Assembly: GCF_009914755.1 (NCBI RefSeq)
Contig: NC_060932.1
DNA length: 64,000 nt
Strand: one strand, 5' to 3'
Source: the human T2T-CHM13v2.0 reference genome, Homo sapiens
Shown here: positions 14,396 to 29,130 of the stretch, in pieces
How the letters are laid out: every line of letters begins with the position of its first letter
Numbering within the stretch: position 1 is the first letter of the stretch
Position numbers and translations under genes: made by a program
The notes under the pieces: generated by a model
Database searches by the model: none
What the model saw: only the letters and a program-made list of their open reading frames with translations
What the model was told of the DNA's origin: nothing

Positions 14396-14719
14396 CACAT
14401 CTGGTAGTTTTCTTGTTTTCTCCAGATTTTAGATCACCTTCGTTCACTGTTTTATAATTATTCATAAACTGCAATCCCTCTAACACCCGATTCTACAAGG
14501 AAATATCAAGTTTTTTCAAAGTAAATATTTATTGCAGTATTTATGTAATTCTCAACCACTTAACATGACTCAAGTTGGTGCAACCAAATTTATCAGGTTG
14601 TCATGTATTTTATATTCCACTGACCAACTTTACAATTGGTGTGTCCCTAACTTTATTTTGTCTTAAACCCTGTAGTGTTTTGTTTTCTATAACACATCTG
14701 CTTGTGTTAGAATGACAGC

Positions 14720-16620
<1,901 letters not shown>

Positions 16621-17464
16621 CACTGAAAATCTAGCCAGGTGCACTCTGCAATAGCAAGATTTACAATTCTCTGGACCACCCAGTTGACACCATTTGGGTG
16701 TATACATTCATTTAAGTGCAGATTTACTTCTTATTCTCTTTTATTGTATCGATTAGGAGTCCATCAAGAAAGCAAAACCATTCTGATCATTAAAAAGAAA
16801 TGGATCGGGAACAGCTGAAAGTTGCATGTGGAAATCAGGAAGTTTCAGGACTCTCTGGAACTTAGTAAAAACGACCTCACCATGATGCTTTTGAAAAACA
16901 TGTCTTCTCTGGAGGCACAGTACTTTCTTCTACTGGTTTCTACTTTTGGAAGTATCTAAAATCTTTGAAGTCCTTCTTGAAAGTCTAGGAAATGAAGTTC
17001 CCAGGGTTCCTGGTTCTCTAACATGAAGAAAACAGAAGGGAGTGGAGATGAGTGCTGGTTGTCAAAAGAAAACGAAAGCTCGATACCCAGCACACTTGAA
17101 TTCAGGGGTCATCACTCTGGTTCATAGATTAAACTGGCGCCAGGTTTATGATTATTACTAATTCGGACAAGCCTTGTCGGCTGCATTCAATTCCCTCACC
17201 ACACAAAGTCAATAGATTCTGCACAGTTTCACTGATATTTTTTCAAAATTGGCGATTGCCCTCAGGACAAAAGGGAGATGGGTGGGCCCTACACTTGGTT
17301 TTTGTCTTCTTTGAGGTTTGTTTCCATAATTTTGCATGACCTGTAGCTCTTTGATGCTTTTAACATTTTTTAAAAAGCTTTCCTCAATGAGAATGCTGAG
17401 GTGAATCATCTGTTTTTATAAGTAGTGAGAATCCTGCATTCTCTTTTTTCAGAGTTAAAATATT

Positions 17465-17519
17465 ATCTACTATAGTAAGGAGAAAGTATGATCTACTATA
17501 GTAAGTAGAAAGTATGATC
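17465..17519. repeat. 26-bp tandem duplication
   Basis: atctactatagtaag(g/t)agaaagtatg at 17465 and 17491. Confidence 0.95.
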
Positions 17520-17749
17520 ACCTTCTCTAATTCTCTCCAACAGGTGAAAATGAACAGAACATGAAGTTTATGCCATTATGTACATTTTGAATTTAAGAGC
17601 GTCCACTGAGGTTTTAATACACTCTGGAAAAATTAAAGACTTTTGTTTTAGCGAGCTCAAAATCTTGGTCAGTATTTCTTTTTTGAGATGTAGAAGGTGC
17701 AGATGTTTTTATTTCAGTACATTTTCTTCTTTATATTTTTCTATTTAAA

Positions 17750-18112
17750 ATTGTTCTGTAAAATGACAACTTGTAAGTGCCCATATTTATGGGGTACAAG
17801 GAGAGGTTATCACTTTATGAGTACAATGTGGAATAGTTAAATCAAACTAATTATCATATTCTTCTGCACAAATACATATATGTAAATTTTTGCAGGGAGA
17901 ACTGCAAATTCTTAATGTAACTTTTTACAGTTAGAATCTTTGAAATGTATTCTTTTCGCTGTTTTTAAGTGCACAATATATACTGTTATTCACTATATTC
18001 ACCACTCTGTGTAACAGAATTACCATATGATCTGGCAATCTTACTCCTGGGTATTTGCTCAAAAGATTTGAAGTCAGTCTGTGGAAGAGATGTCTGTGCT
18101 CTCATGTTCATG
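17750..18112 (-). mobile_element. L1MA 3' fragment with an inverted ORF2-end piece
   Basis: 17750-18015 is antisense L1MA 3' UTR ('catatttatggggtaca', 'tacaatgtggaatagttaaatcaaactaatta'); 18014-18112 is sense ORF2 end ('agaattaccatatgatctggcaatcttactcctgggtat'). Confidence 0.75.
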
Positions 18113-18894
18113 ACATGTTCTTCTCTAAAAGATGTTTCCCCAAACCATCAAAATAAAGGCAAATGAGAAGAAAAGAGTCTAAAATAGAAAAACAGGTTTG
18201 AGAGATGAGGCTTTGCTAGAAAAAAAAAATAATCCAACCATATAATGTAGCAAAATTACTTTTTAAATAAAAATAAAAATAAGACAGTCTTACCCTTGAG
18301 CAGGTCTGAAGAATCAAGCTGTCATCACACAAACATCTTTGAAGAATGACACAGAAATATGATTCTTTTTGCCTACAGCAGTTCTAAATAACACTTCGCA
18401 GCTTCCAGAGAGTCACGAAAAAAGAGTGATTACACATAAAACCACGTAGTTTCAATGCCAAACAGTTCCCAAAGCTGCAGCATTTACAGCGAAAGAGAAC
18501 TTTAAACCCTTATAGAATCTGGTTCGTTACCAGAAAAACAAAATCTCTGTGCCCAGAATAATTCTGATTTAAAAAAAAAATTCCACCTACACAGAAAAAG
18601 TCAATCATGAGTTAAAGACCCTACAATATTGCATGCTAAATATATTCGCTTCAGGAATGCCACAGCATGCTGAATACACTTTCTTTCTTTCTTTTTTTAT
18701 CCTAGCAATGTGGTTTTTGTAAGGAAATCCTAAAATTCACTGCTATAGAATTTTATGTCTTTAAAAAGTACATTGCTATGCTAAGAGGTATCCAATGTAT
18801 AATTTTAAAAGGTGAATTACATTAAAAAGTGAACTCTGGGGAACACAGTGTCCTTCAAAATTAAAGATACAGAGTTAGTGAAGTGATGGAAATA

Positions 18895-20340
18895 TATTCA
18901 CTATATCATTTTACAGGTATTGTTTATCTGCCTACTATGTTCCAGGTTCTCTGTTTTCTCCACCATTCTGAAGACAGGGAGCTCAGCAGCGGATGGGGAA
19001 CTAACCACAGTGTTCTTGCTACCTGTTTCTTTGTTTAAACATTAGTACAGCACTTTGAGAGGCCGAGGTAAGAGGATCACATGAGCCCAGGAGTTCAAAA
19101 CCGGCCTGGGCAACATGGCAGTACCCCATCTCTGTCAAAAAATTAGCTGGACATGGTGGGGTGTGCCTGTAGTCCCTACTGGGAAGGCTGAGGTGGGAAG
19201 ATGACTTGGACACAGGAGGTTGAGGCTGTAGTGGGCCATGATGCTCCAGCCTGGGCAATGGATTGAGACCCTATCTCAAGAAAACAAAAAATTAAACAAA
19301 AAACAACAAAATATATTAATACGGGAGACACACAAGGTGTAATGAAGCCTATACTTGTGGATTCTAACAGTCTTGAGGAATCAAAGTTTCCTGGGAATTA
19401 CCGGATGTGTTAAAATCTGGAAGGCGGGGGTACCATCTGTGCAAGCAGGGCATGGGGGTGAGACAGGAAGCTCAGGGGACAGCATTTTCAGTGGACACTT
19501 GTTTAGATGCATTTGGCTAAAACATTGCTTCTATTCAATGGGAAGAAATATTAAGAAAGTTTGAGCAGGTAGAGTGGGGCCAGATCACGAAAAACCTCAT
19601 AAATAGGTGGCTCTTTTCATACTGTTTCCTGAGAATTTCGGAAAGCCACGAAGCATTTTCAAGGAAGGAGGAAAGTTTTGTTATCCGTTTTAGCAATAAT
19701 CTTACACACGTAGCCAATAATTGGATGTGGGCAGAGCTGGTGCTAGGAACACTGGCTAGGAAGATATTGCGCTAATGTAATAAGTCACTGTGTTTCAAAC
19801 TAGAATAGAGACCATTGGAATGAAAAATATAAATGGAGTCCAGCCATATTTAGGAGGTAGAATCTTAGGATTGGGTAGTTCATTGGAAGTGCTGAACTCG
19901 AGGAAAACTGCTAAGCTTCTGCCTTGAGCTACTGTTTGGATAGCAGAGTATTTTTTTGATAGAGGCACACAATGAGAAGCAGAGCTTTAGAGGAGGAAGT
20001 GGAAGTTCAGTTTTAAAAATGTGAGCCTGAATTTCCCACCAAGAGGAAGCAGCTGTATATATGTGCGTGGATTCCAGGCAAGAAGTCGGCACTGAAAATA
20101 CAGTTTTGGAAGCAATAGCGTTACAAAGGACAGCCGAATACCACACCCCAACCAGAGGGGTAGGTGTGAGCTTCCAGAGAGTGTAGGAGAGAATCTCTGA
20201 CAGCATCATTCTCTAAGAAATGGCTGTAGATGAGAAATCTGAAAAAGAGGCTGAGTAGCCTGAAGGATGAGGTGTTCAGAAAGTCAGGAGAAAAGACAGC
20301 CAGTTCCCTATGCTCCCAGGCAAGAGACAGGAGGGCTTGA
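18895..20340 (-). mobile_element. L2 relic, antisense, interrupted by an AluJ
   Basis: 'tgcctactatgttccagg', 'ggggccagatcac', 'atatttaggaggtagaatc', 'gaagttcagttttaaaaatgtgag', 'gcagctgtatatatg'. Confidence 0.75.
19048..19312 (+). mobile_element. AluJ, 5'-truncated
   Basis: 'gagcccaggagttcaa', 'ctgggcaacatggca', 'gaggtgggaagatgacttg' and 'gttgaggctgtagtg' (J-type diagnostics); A-rich tail. Confidence 0.9.
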
Positions 20341-20349
20341 TGAGTCTGA

Positions 20350-20535
20350 AGCACACACTTATTTAGCTGTGGGGCAGTTATTATCTTCTGTGATTCAGAC
20401 CCTTCTGTTACATAGGGGTGATAAAAATGGCACCCACTCTGAAAGACTGGGATGGGCATTGACTACATTACTATTTATAAAGTTTGTAGAACAGCGCCTG
20501 GCAGAGAGCAGGTGCTACCAAAGTGCTTGAATAAA
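20350..20535 (+). mobile_element. MIR relic
   Basis: 'cacttatttagctgtggggcagttattatcttctgtgattcag...gtagaacagcgcctggcagagagcaggtgct'. Confidence 0.65.
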
Positions 20536-21044
20536 TAAAATGTCAAGCAAGGTAAAGACTGAATTTATCCACGGGAATCTGGTATTGTCTCATGCAGCAA
20601 CAATGCGTGGGGAAGTAGATTGGGGTGAGGTAGGGTCAATGTGCCCAGGGTGGAGGAACCAGAAAGATGTAGAGGGGAACGTGTTGATTGCAGGCTGGGA
20701 GAGAGCTGAGGGGAGTTCTGCACTGTAAGCACGTGTGATGGGTATTATTGAAGAGACATCTTCAGAAATGCTGATTACAAGGCTCCGGCTAGGATCTGCC
20801 GTTAGGAAACAAATAACTATTTAACAAATAACTGTTGAAGGATGGGGGCATGAGCACATGGGAAACTGTCGGGAGGGATTGTCCATACGTTTTTGTTTGC
20901 TTTTACTCCTTGCTTGTCTGGAAATTGTGATTTTCAGTGAAAATTACATCAAATTAACAGTCGGGAGACCAGCTTGTTTAAGCACATGGCTTCTTCCCTC
21001 AGAACCTTAGTACTTCTATACATCAAATAAGGGTGTAGACTGAA

Positions 21045-21372
21045 TGCTGCAGGACTTCTCGTTAGTTCAGCTAAAGACGGGGGTCTTTTGTCCCACGGCC
21101 ATGAATATTCAGGCTTACAGACAAATTCAGTGTTGAGTAAGACAGGGTTTTATTGAGTGAAAAGGAAGAAAAGGGGGAAACAGGGACTCTGCCCTGCCAG
21201 AGCTCCCTTCTAGAGTGCTTCCTGCCTCACTGTTGGAATCCCAGGTTCTACATAGGAAGGGGAGGGACCGGGCTCCTCCCCGCTGCAAGTGCTGCAGACT
21301 TCCTGAGGCTCCAACCCAGTGTGCAGGCAGGGTGGTGTTTTGCGAAGGATCCCCTCCCGTCTGGCTGTCTCA
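21045..21372 (-). mobile_element. ERV1 solo LTR, MER61-like
   Basis: Reverse complement begins tgagacagccagacgggagggg and ends 'tttagctgaactaacgagaagtcctgcagca', with AATAAA on the minus strand (about 21150). Confidence 0.8.
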
Positions 21373-21904
21373 CCCAGGGGGACTCCTAGATTTATTACCA
21401 TTCCCAGTGCTGTGTGCTCACACTCTTTGAAGTACATAGCACTGAGTACCGATCAGGAGAATCTCACACTTTTTGAAATGGGACCTCCTGTTGTCCTTCA
21501 CTTAAATCATTCACAGCAATTAGTTTTGCCTCAAATTTTAATTGAGCATTTCTTGGCAGTCATTATTTCATTGGCGACATCTTCAAGAATGCTGACTACA
21601 AGGCTCCAGCTAGGATCTGCCCTTGGGAAAAAAATAACTTTTTAATTCTAATCAGCCACATAAGGAAATACAAATCATACGATTGAGACATAACGGAGTC
21701 AGGATAGGGAAGCCCAGAGGTAATGCATCTGCCATGGCATGGTATCAGGGCACCTTAGAGGTAGCATTGGTTTGAAAGTCAGAAGGCCTGCTTTGAAGCC
21801 TTGGCCTTATTTTACCCTGATTAGTCATGCAGCCTTCAGCAGATCTCTTGATTTTTTAAGGCCTGAATTGTTCCTAAAGAAAAGCAGGATGACCCCTGGC
21901 CATG

Positions 21905-22375
21905 ACCAGTACATAGTGAGTGCCTACTCCATTCCAGCCATTGTGGTAGGCATGGCCATCAGTACCCGGGAATGCAGATGTGGCCTTAGGCCTCTTGTTG
22001 GCACGATCTAATGTGGATCAAAGGCAGATGTACAAGTAAATGCACACATTAGAGGCATGATTTCCAGCACTCAGGTGTGCTACCATAGTCAAGATCATCG
22101 GAGATGCCTGCAGAGAGGCCAGCACTTACTTCCCTAGAGAGATGAAGGAGGCGGTTGTGAGAGGAGCCCAGAGAAAGAGGGTTCTGAGCAGGAAAATCAT
22201 CCTGAATGAGTGAATAGAGACAGAAAAGAGCTTGACCCTGTCTAAGAAACTGAAAGATGAATGGTGTGTGTGATGGAGAATGAAAATAGAGACAGGTGGG
22301 AGTCCTTTCATGCAAGAACACGTGGGCTATGATCAGGACTTTTATTCTATGATCAGGACCATGAAAGACCTACCA
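21905..22375 (-). mobile_element. L2 3' end relic
   Basis: 'tgagtgcctactccattccagccattgtggtag' followed by a purine-rich antisense L2 body. Confidence 0.55.
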
Positions 22376-22645
22376 TTTCCTAACATTCTCTGAGTTTATG
22401 ACTATTTTCTTAAAAATCATCTCTGCTCTCTTGAATGCCCTTTAATTCCAGTGTGTGAAAGGTGAGGTGTGGCTAGAAACTAATGGTAAATATGCTGGAA
22501 TCTCTTGCACATGGACTATTGCATTGGTTTAACAAATACAAACATTACTTATGAATGAATATTAAAAGCTTCATTTCTTCACTTGGATGATCAAGAAACA
22601 TTACTGCCAGCCCTTACAGCTAATTTAAGAGAGGCAGAATCATTA

Positions 22646-22871
<226 letters not shown>

Positions 22872-23384
22872 TGCCACGAGGTCAGGATTGGATATTTGCA
22901 GGAGAAAGAACCAAAGACTTATTCTCCACCTCCCCGTTTTTTTTTTCTTTCTTATCCAACTCCCATACTCTTTCATTCTTCTCCTTCCCCCTTACTTAAC
23001 AGATAGCAAGGTTAGTAAAAAGCCTGTTGTGGTGGAACTCAGGGCAAGCCCCGGAGGAGTCCTGTGTGTGCACATGCTTCTGCCAGTGGAAGGTGTGTCT
23101 GTACATGTGAGTGTGAAGGTGAGTCTGTATGTGTATGTGTGCTGAGTTATTGTGAGCTGCGAAGGATGGCAAAAGATGAGGAGGCTGGAGGTAGAATAAG
23201 AGGAGGAAAAACTTGCTTATAAGTCTGACGATCTGAACCATGATTTGGAAACAAGTTTTCTCCCTGTGTCAAATTAAAAAAAAAAATTCTCATGAATAAA
23301 CTTATTTATCACACATTGTTGGAAAAATAAATAAAATTGTAGACACTATAGCCATGCCTTTAGATATATCAGTTTTAAAATCAT

Positions 23385-23510
23385 CACCTCCTTCAGCATC
23401 ACTTTACAGATGATGGAAATGGGACCTAGCCACAAAGAGTGACTTGTATCAGTCATATAGCAAATCAGTGGAAAATCTGAATTTAGAACCAGGGTGACTT
23501 CATTTCAGTA
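23385..23510 (-). mobile_element. MIR relic
   Basis: 'ctttacagatgatggaaatggg...agtgacttgtatcagtcatatagcaaatcagtgg...atttagaaccaggg'. Confidence 0.7.
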
Positions 23511-23639
23511 TTCTTTATAATTTCTCAGGCTGTTTTTCAGCCCAAATGTCTCCACTCTGGTAAATGACATTTAAATATGCAGGCAGATGACAAAAAATCT
23601 GATAAAAGAGCAAGAGCCTACAACTGATCAACCGAATCA

Positions 23640-23800
23640 TAATTTGAAACCAGAATCTGCAATTTGGAGAATTTCCCTTTGTAGTGATCCCTGAACTTGG
23701 GTCCTCTTGTGTGTAAAAAGGCAGTAGAAGCATCCACCTGAGCAGGGCATTGTGAGGTTGAAACAAGAGAGTCACACGAAAGTGCCCAGCACACAATGCA
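23640..23800 (+). mobile_element. MIR relic
   Basis: 'tcctcttgtgtgtaaaaagg...agggcattgtgaggttgaaacaag...agtgcccagcaca'. Confidence 0.6.
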
Positions 23801-25076
23801 AGTTTAGTGAGACTTAAAATTTGCATGTAAAGTCGTAGGGAAGACATTTAGAAGTGATCTTCCCATAACGGGAACCACACGATATTCTTCAAATGCATTG
23901 GAAGATGTTGTAAAAATATAAAAGGGTACAGTAAATTGATGGGAAATGACATCTCTTGAGTGAACCCAGCACCTATACAGGTAGTACAGAAAACAAACAA
24001 ACAAAGAAGGAAAGGTCAGGCAAGACCAGAGAAGGAAACCATTGATGAAGTCAACTTAAGGCCTTTAGCATTCATAGCTGCTCTAGGGGTCTGAGCATCA
24101 TCACACAACCTCCGTGGGAACTGTGAGCTTTGGAGAAAGACCCAGGAGGCCAGCTGGAATTGGACTCTTACCTAAAGTATCCAATGGGCTGTATGGACAG
24201 GAAGATGCCCAGCAAGGTGTGGGCCCAGGGTCTCGGCCCTTCTTTGTGTTGAGGCACCATCACCAACATTATTATTGTCATCTGCCTGATGCATATTGGA
24301 GATGAGTATGAATATTTAAAAATGGTTTTGTTACTGGCTTTATGAATTCTGGTTCCTGGTTCCAACAGTTTCACAGGGCAGACAGGACACTTTCAGGTCA
24401 GGCCACCAAAGCACAGTTTGTGATCCTAGGTAATCCAGAGGCTTTATATCATTATGAGCAGACTACCTGGGAACAAACGTAGGTTCTACTTCCAAAGTGG
24501 AATGAAGCCAGAATTTACAATCTATAACCTAGCAATATACTGGTTTTTAGCTTTAATGAGAATAGATTATTAAGATAAAAACATGAGGTTTACAAAATGC
24601 ATTTTAAAAAGTCATCAGTCTAACCAGCATTTCTTCTGTGACATGTTACACAGGACTCTTGGTCAGTGAAATCAGGTGGTTCTGAATGTTAATAATTTTA
24701 ACAAACATTAATGGTGAATTTGGAGTTGGTTGAATGGTGATACCCATACAGATCTGACTTACGCATTAGGTCACCTTGGAGGATGTTCTGTGAAAGCTCC
24801 TTAGAACTCTCTCTTGTTTCTTATTTTTATCACTTAATTAAAAAGACAATGTAGAATATTCAGAAAATAATTTTGGAGCTGATTTTTATATGCTGTGCAA
24901 TTGGTTAGCATTGACTGTTTGAAAGTTAATAAGAAGTAGTTCTGGACCTCAAATATCTCATGGTTTATTAGATTAATTAAAAATGTAGAAGACACCCATG
25001 CAGCGGGGGTGTATTCCCAGCTTAGCTCAATGGTCCTGAGTCTTAGTAAGAGAGAGATTGGTGGGGGGCTGGGGGG

Positions 25077-25172
25077 GACAGAGAAAGAAAGAGAGAGAGA
25101 GAGAGACCGAGAGAGAGAGACAGAGAAAGAGAGAGAGGAGAGAGAAAGGAGAGAGAGAGGGAGAGAAGGGGA
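25077..25172. repeat. (GA)n-rich simple repeat
   Basis: Interrupted gagagaga tract. Confidence 0.95.
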
Positions 25173-26129
25173 AAGTTTTGGCTGTTTATTATTTAATTTT
25201 TATTTGATGCTCATGAAACTGATATCTAGACATGTTTTTGTTTAGTACTGAAGCCCTTACTCAATGTTTCAATATTGCGTTTTATTCAATATTGCAATGG
25301 AATAATATTGCTTTTTTTTTACATTATCTAGCGTGATTTTTCATGTGTTCTTGATACGGTGAGAGAATGAATGAAATTAATCAGAATAGGCAGATCTATT
25401 CCCTCTGTTTTTACAAACACAACACGATGTCAGTAAATAAATGGGTGAATTCTGGCTATAAGCGGTATCTCACTAAGCATTTTGTCTGATTTATAAGTAA
25501 TTAGTGGTATGAATCACCGCATGCCACTGTCTACATAGCTTTATGCATTCTGTGGCACACGTCCGTGAGAGAGGAGCTGATCTGCAAAAGGTTAACCCGA
25601 AGCACTTACAAAAAAAGTCGAGGGAAACGGAGTTCCATAAAATGAATTCCACTAGAGTTTTCACTGGAATATTAATATCCTCTTTTCCCGCAGACAAGAC
25701 ACATTTAAGTTGATTATCTGCCCCGCCCTCCCCATCCCTCTGCAAGCTGCATACCAATTCCTTACCTGCAGGCTTGACCAGACCTGGTGTTCTGGGATCT
25801 GGTGTGAAAACAGAATCACTGCCTCACTTATTATTCTTCAGAGAACAATTTTTATTTCTCTGTCTCTAAATGTCACAAGCCTTTTCCAATGTTCAAGAAG
25901 AAAAGATGTCTCCAGGTTGCTGTGCAGGACAATGAGCACAAGTTCCCTTTTTTTGCTTCATGCTGGAGAATCTCCAAGAATTTCTGGTCATCTGGAGGCA
26001 GAGAGGGGTGGTGAGCCACTCCCTCCAGGAAGGAGCACACGTCATCCTCTGCCGGTTGAACTCCTGGTGCTGAGAGAAATTGCTCATCCTGGGACCTGTG
26101 CTTGAGCCCAGGCCTTTTCTGCCCATTAC

Positions 26130-26325
26130 TTGTGCACCGGGTACTTTGAGATGTAGTTTCTTTAAATATTTTGTCTTCTTGACAATGCTACTATCACGTT
26201 TTGGATATAGAGAGAACTAAGGCTAGAGAGCTTATGTAACTTTCCACAATTGCAGATTGTAAATTGAAGAGCTGAGATGTGAACGCAGGTGTTTCTGACT
26301 CCAGGGTGTGTGCTCTTTCTGTCAC
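26130..26325 (-). mobile_element. MIR relic
   Basis: 'gagaactaaggctagagagcttatgtaacttt...agagctgagatgtgaacgcaggtgtttctgactccagg'. Confidence 0.7.
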
Positions 26326-26401
26326 TCAAGTTTACTGATCAGAGCGTCGTCTGCCATGACCTGAGTATTTGAGCTTGATCTATCCGTTTGGTTTGTTGCT
26401 T

Positions 26402-26555
26402 TGATGGTTAATTTTACGTGTCAAATTGACCGGGCTAAGGGAAGTCCAGACAGCTGGCAAAACGTCATTTCTGTGTGTGTCTGTGATGATGTTTTCTAGA
26501 AGACATTAGCATTTGAATGGGTGGACGAACTAAAGGAGACTCCCCTCACGATTGT
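26402..26555 (+). mobile_element. ERVL LTR 5' fragment (MLT2-like)
   Basis: 'tgatggttaattttacgtgtcaaattgaccgggctaaggga...cagacagctggcaaaacgtcatttctg...gacattagcatttgaat'. Confidence 0.8.
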
Positions 26556-26934
26556 ATTTTGCTGGGGTGTCTTAGGAATTTCTGAATTCTACCCAGTGCA
26601 CCTCATTTTGAGTTTCCTCAAAGAGGTTTGTGAACAGGGTCTTGTGCAGGAGTGATGTTAGAGCCATGAAGAACAACCACAAAAATCTCAAATCAGCCCT
26701 GCTCCTTCACATCTTTGACCAGATATGAGAATCTGGAAAGATTAAAAAATGAACAAGTGGAGAGATCTGCCCGTTAGAAAACATTTTTTAATGCTTAAAA
26801 GATGAAAAAAAATGTTTTAAAATAAATATACTGTAATTAATCTAAACCAAGTTAAAAAGGGGAATAGATCATCCTAGTAGGCTAATCGGTAAAAAATTAA
26901 ACAAGATACACATAAACAAGAACTCTTCCTTGGC

Positions 26935-27235
26935 ACACCGAACACAGACACACACAGACAAACTAAACAGACGCATATACAGTGACACACCAACCACAGA
27001 CACAAACATAGACACACACACACGTTAAACACAAGCACCCAATACACCTACACCAAATAGGACACAAACACAGACATACACACACCAAATACAGACACAC
27101 ACACACACCAAACACCAGATATACACACACTAAACACAGCCAACACCATAGACACACACACACACCAAACACAGACACACACACACACATACACACACAT
27201 ACACCAAATGCAGACACATACACAAACACCCACTC
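26935..27235. repeat. Degenerate (CA)-rich low-complexity tract
   Basis: Recurrent 'cacaccaaa(t/c)acagacacac' units. Confidence 0.9.
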
Positions 27236-28154
27236 ATGGCGGTGTGTTAACTATTTATGTCAGATCTTGGGTCTGTGTGCGAATGTTTGTAATGGGAGGT
27301 GAGCCTGATTTGGGTCAGCTCTTTGAACCCAATTCTTCCCCAACCCCAACATGAAGGTCTGTGGAATCAGCAACCTCTCCTATCCTCCTTTGAGTTAAGT
27401 GTTAACAATTTGCTAAATGTTGATGTTGATCCCAGGTTGTGATATTTTTAATTAGGAGGAATTTAAATCACTCCCAAAAGCTCAAAAGGGGAGAAGGTCT
27501 TTTATCTGTTTCAAATTGTGTGAGCGATTTATTGTCTTGAATTGCCCTTATCTGACAATCAGGACAGCGCTGGAATTCAGCAGGGGGCTCCCTGGACCAG
27601 CAGAGTGAGCCACACGGGGCAGGATGCCCCCACACCCTTTTCACTCTCAGTGCAGAGGTATCAAGGGGTTGCCTTCGTGCTTCAAAGTGCCCACGAGAGA
27701 GAGAGAGCTGTCAGCAAATAAGAAAGATCTAAATTTGAGTTGCTGACATTGCAACAGTGGTTGTTGTTAAACTTGGTATTGGACACAACAAGGAACTGAA
27801 AAATTAAACAGCACCAGAAGAACCTAGAACAGATCACTATTGCTCTTGACTGAGAGGATATTCAGCCAAAGATGTCTGTGGACTGTGAACCAAGTCTGTT
27901 TCTCTGCCTTCTGCCCCATGCTGCTCCTGCTTGTGTCTGTGTTTGCAATGCTTGTGTGTGTGTACAGTATTTAAACACGCATGGTGGACTTCCGGTGCGA
28001 TCTCAATATCCTTCGCTCTGTCTCATTTCCTTAGCATTTTTAAAACCTCTCTCTTATGTCACTTCACATTCAAAGCAAAACAATATAACAGCAATGGAAC
28101 AATCACACTGCAGAATCATATTTTTGACTTGGTGGATTTGTGTTAAAATAGATG

Positions 28155-28727
28155 TCTACGTGTTCATTTTCTATTTCTGCCATACAAATTACTGCACATT
28201 TAGCAGCTCAAAACAATATGAATTTACTATCTCATAGTTCTGTAGCTGAGAAGGCTGATCGGCTTGGCTAGTGGATTTGCTTTGAGCCTCAGAAGCTGAA
28301 ATTAATGCATCTAGACAGCAGGTTCCCTTGTGGAGGCTCTAGGGGAGAATTGGTTTCTAGGCTCATTTAGTTCGTAGGTTCTTGGGCTGAGCTCTGTTTC
28401 CTCATAGGCTGCCAGCACAGCACCCCAAACTCCTAGCGGCCTCCGTCTTGTGTCTGCATGTAGTCCTTCTATTTCACAGCCAGCCACAGTAGTACATTGT
28501 ATCCTGCCGTGGCCATGCAAACCTCCTCTGCACACTTCTCTGCTCTGCTCTTCAGCTTTTAAGGGCTCCTGTGATTACCTGGGGTGCACCTGTGGCATCC
28601 AGGACACTCTTCCTATCTCGAAGTCAGCTGATGAGCCGCTTTACTTCCATCTGCAAGTCCCCTTTGCCATTTAATGTCACATATCCACAGGCATGAGATC
28701 ATGGGGGCCAAAGTCTGGCCTACCACA
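28155..28727 (-). mobile_element. MaLR solo LTR (MLT1E-like)
   Basis: 'aatttactatctcatagttctgtag', 'ggaggctctaggggagaat', 'ttttaagggctcctgtgatta' and 'ttccatctgcaagtcccctttgcca'; ends 'ggcctaccaca'. Confidence 0.85.
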
Positions 28728-28844
28728 GTCTGTAGGGGCAGAATTATTTCTGTTGAACTAAGAAAATTGAACCACGCTGAATTGAGAAAAAATGAAAACT
28801 TAAGAAAATGGTCATGTATCTGACAAGTCAATATCTCTGCGTGT

Positions 28845-29130
28845 TTAGTTTCAGACGAGGCTGGGGATATCGTCGCCATGACGGTGTCCATCTCTCTCCC
28901 TGTCTCTGCTCCCCCTCACCTTGGCTTCACTCTCAGACATGCTCCCTGCATGGCGTCACTCCGCCTCAGGCCTCAGTTGTGCACATCGTGTAACCTCAGT
29001 GGACCGACTCTGTTCCCAGCTAACACCTCTAATCCAGGTGCCAGAGCTGAGTCATGGAGCTTCTATTGTAAATACACTCATTCTTGGCCGCTGCGTAGGG
29101 AGATAAAGGTGTGGCGTGGTCAGGCCCAAG
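28845..29130 (-). mobile_element. Older MaLR LTR fragment (MLT1J/K-like)
   Basis: 'ttcagacgaggctgg...tggcttcactctcagacatgctccc' resembles antisense old MLT1. Confidence 0.45.

Noticed and set aside
13845-14432. His/Thr-rich and Cys/Val-rich ORFs (also 26963-27233 and 39501-40730)
   Set aside because: Translation artefacts of CA/TG repeats, which lack stop codons in several frames.
22996-23847. Peptide resemblance IVRLISKFFLLLFY vs MIRLISCRLLLFY in two minus-strand ORFs
   Set aside because: The DNA does not align convincingly, one ORF overlaps a MIR, and there is no coding context; treated as chance.
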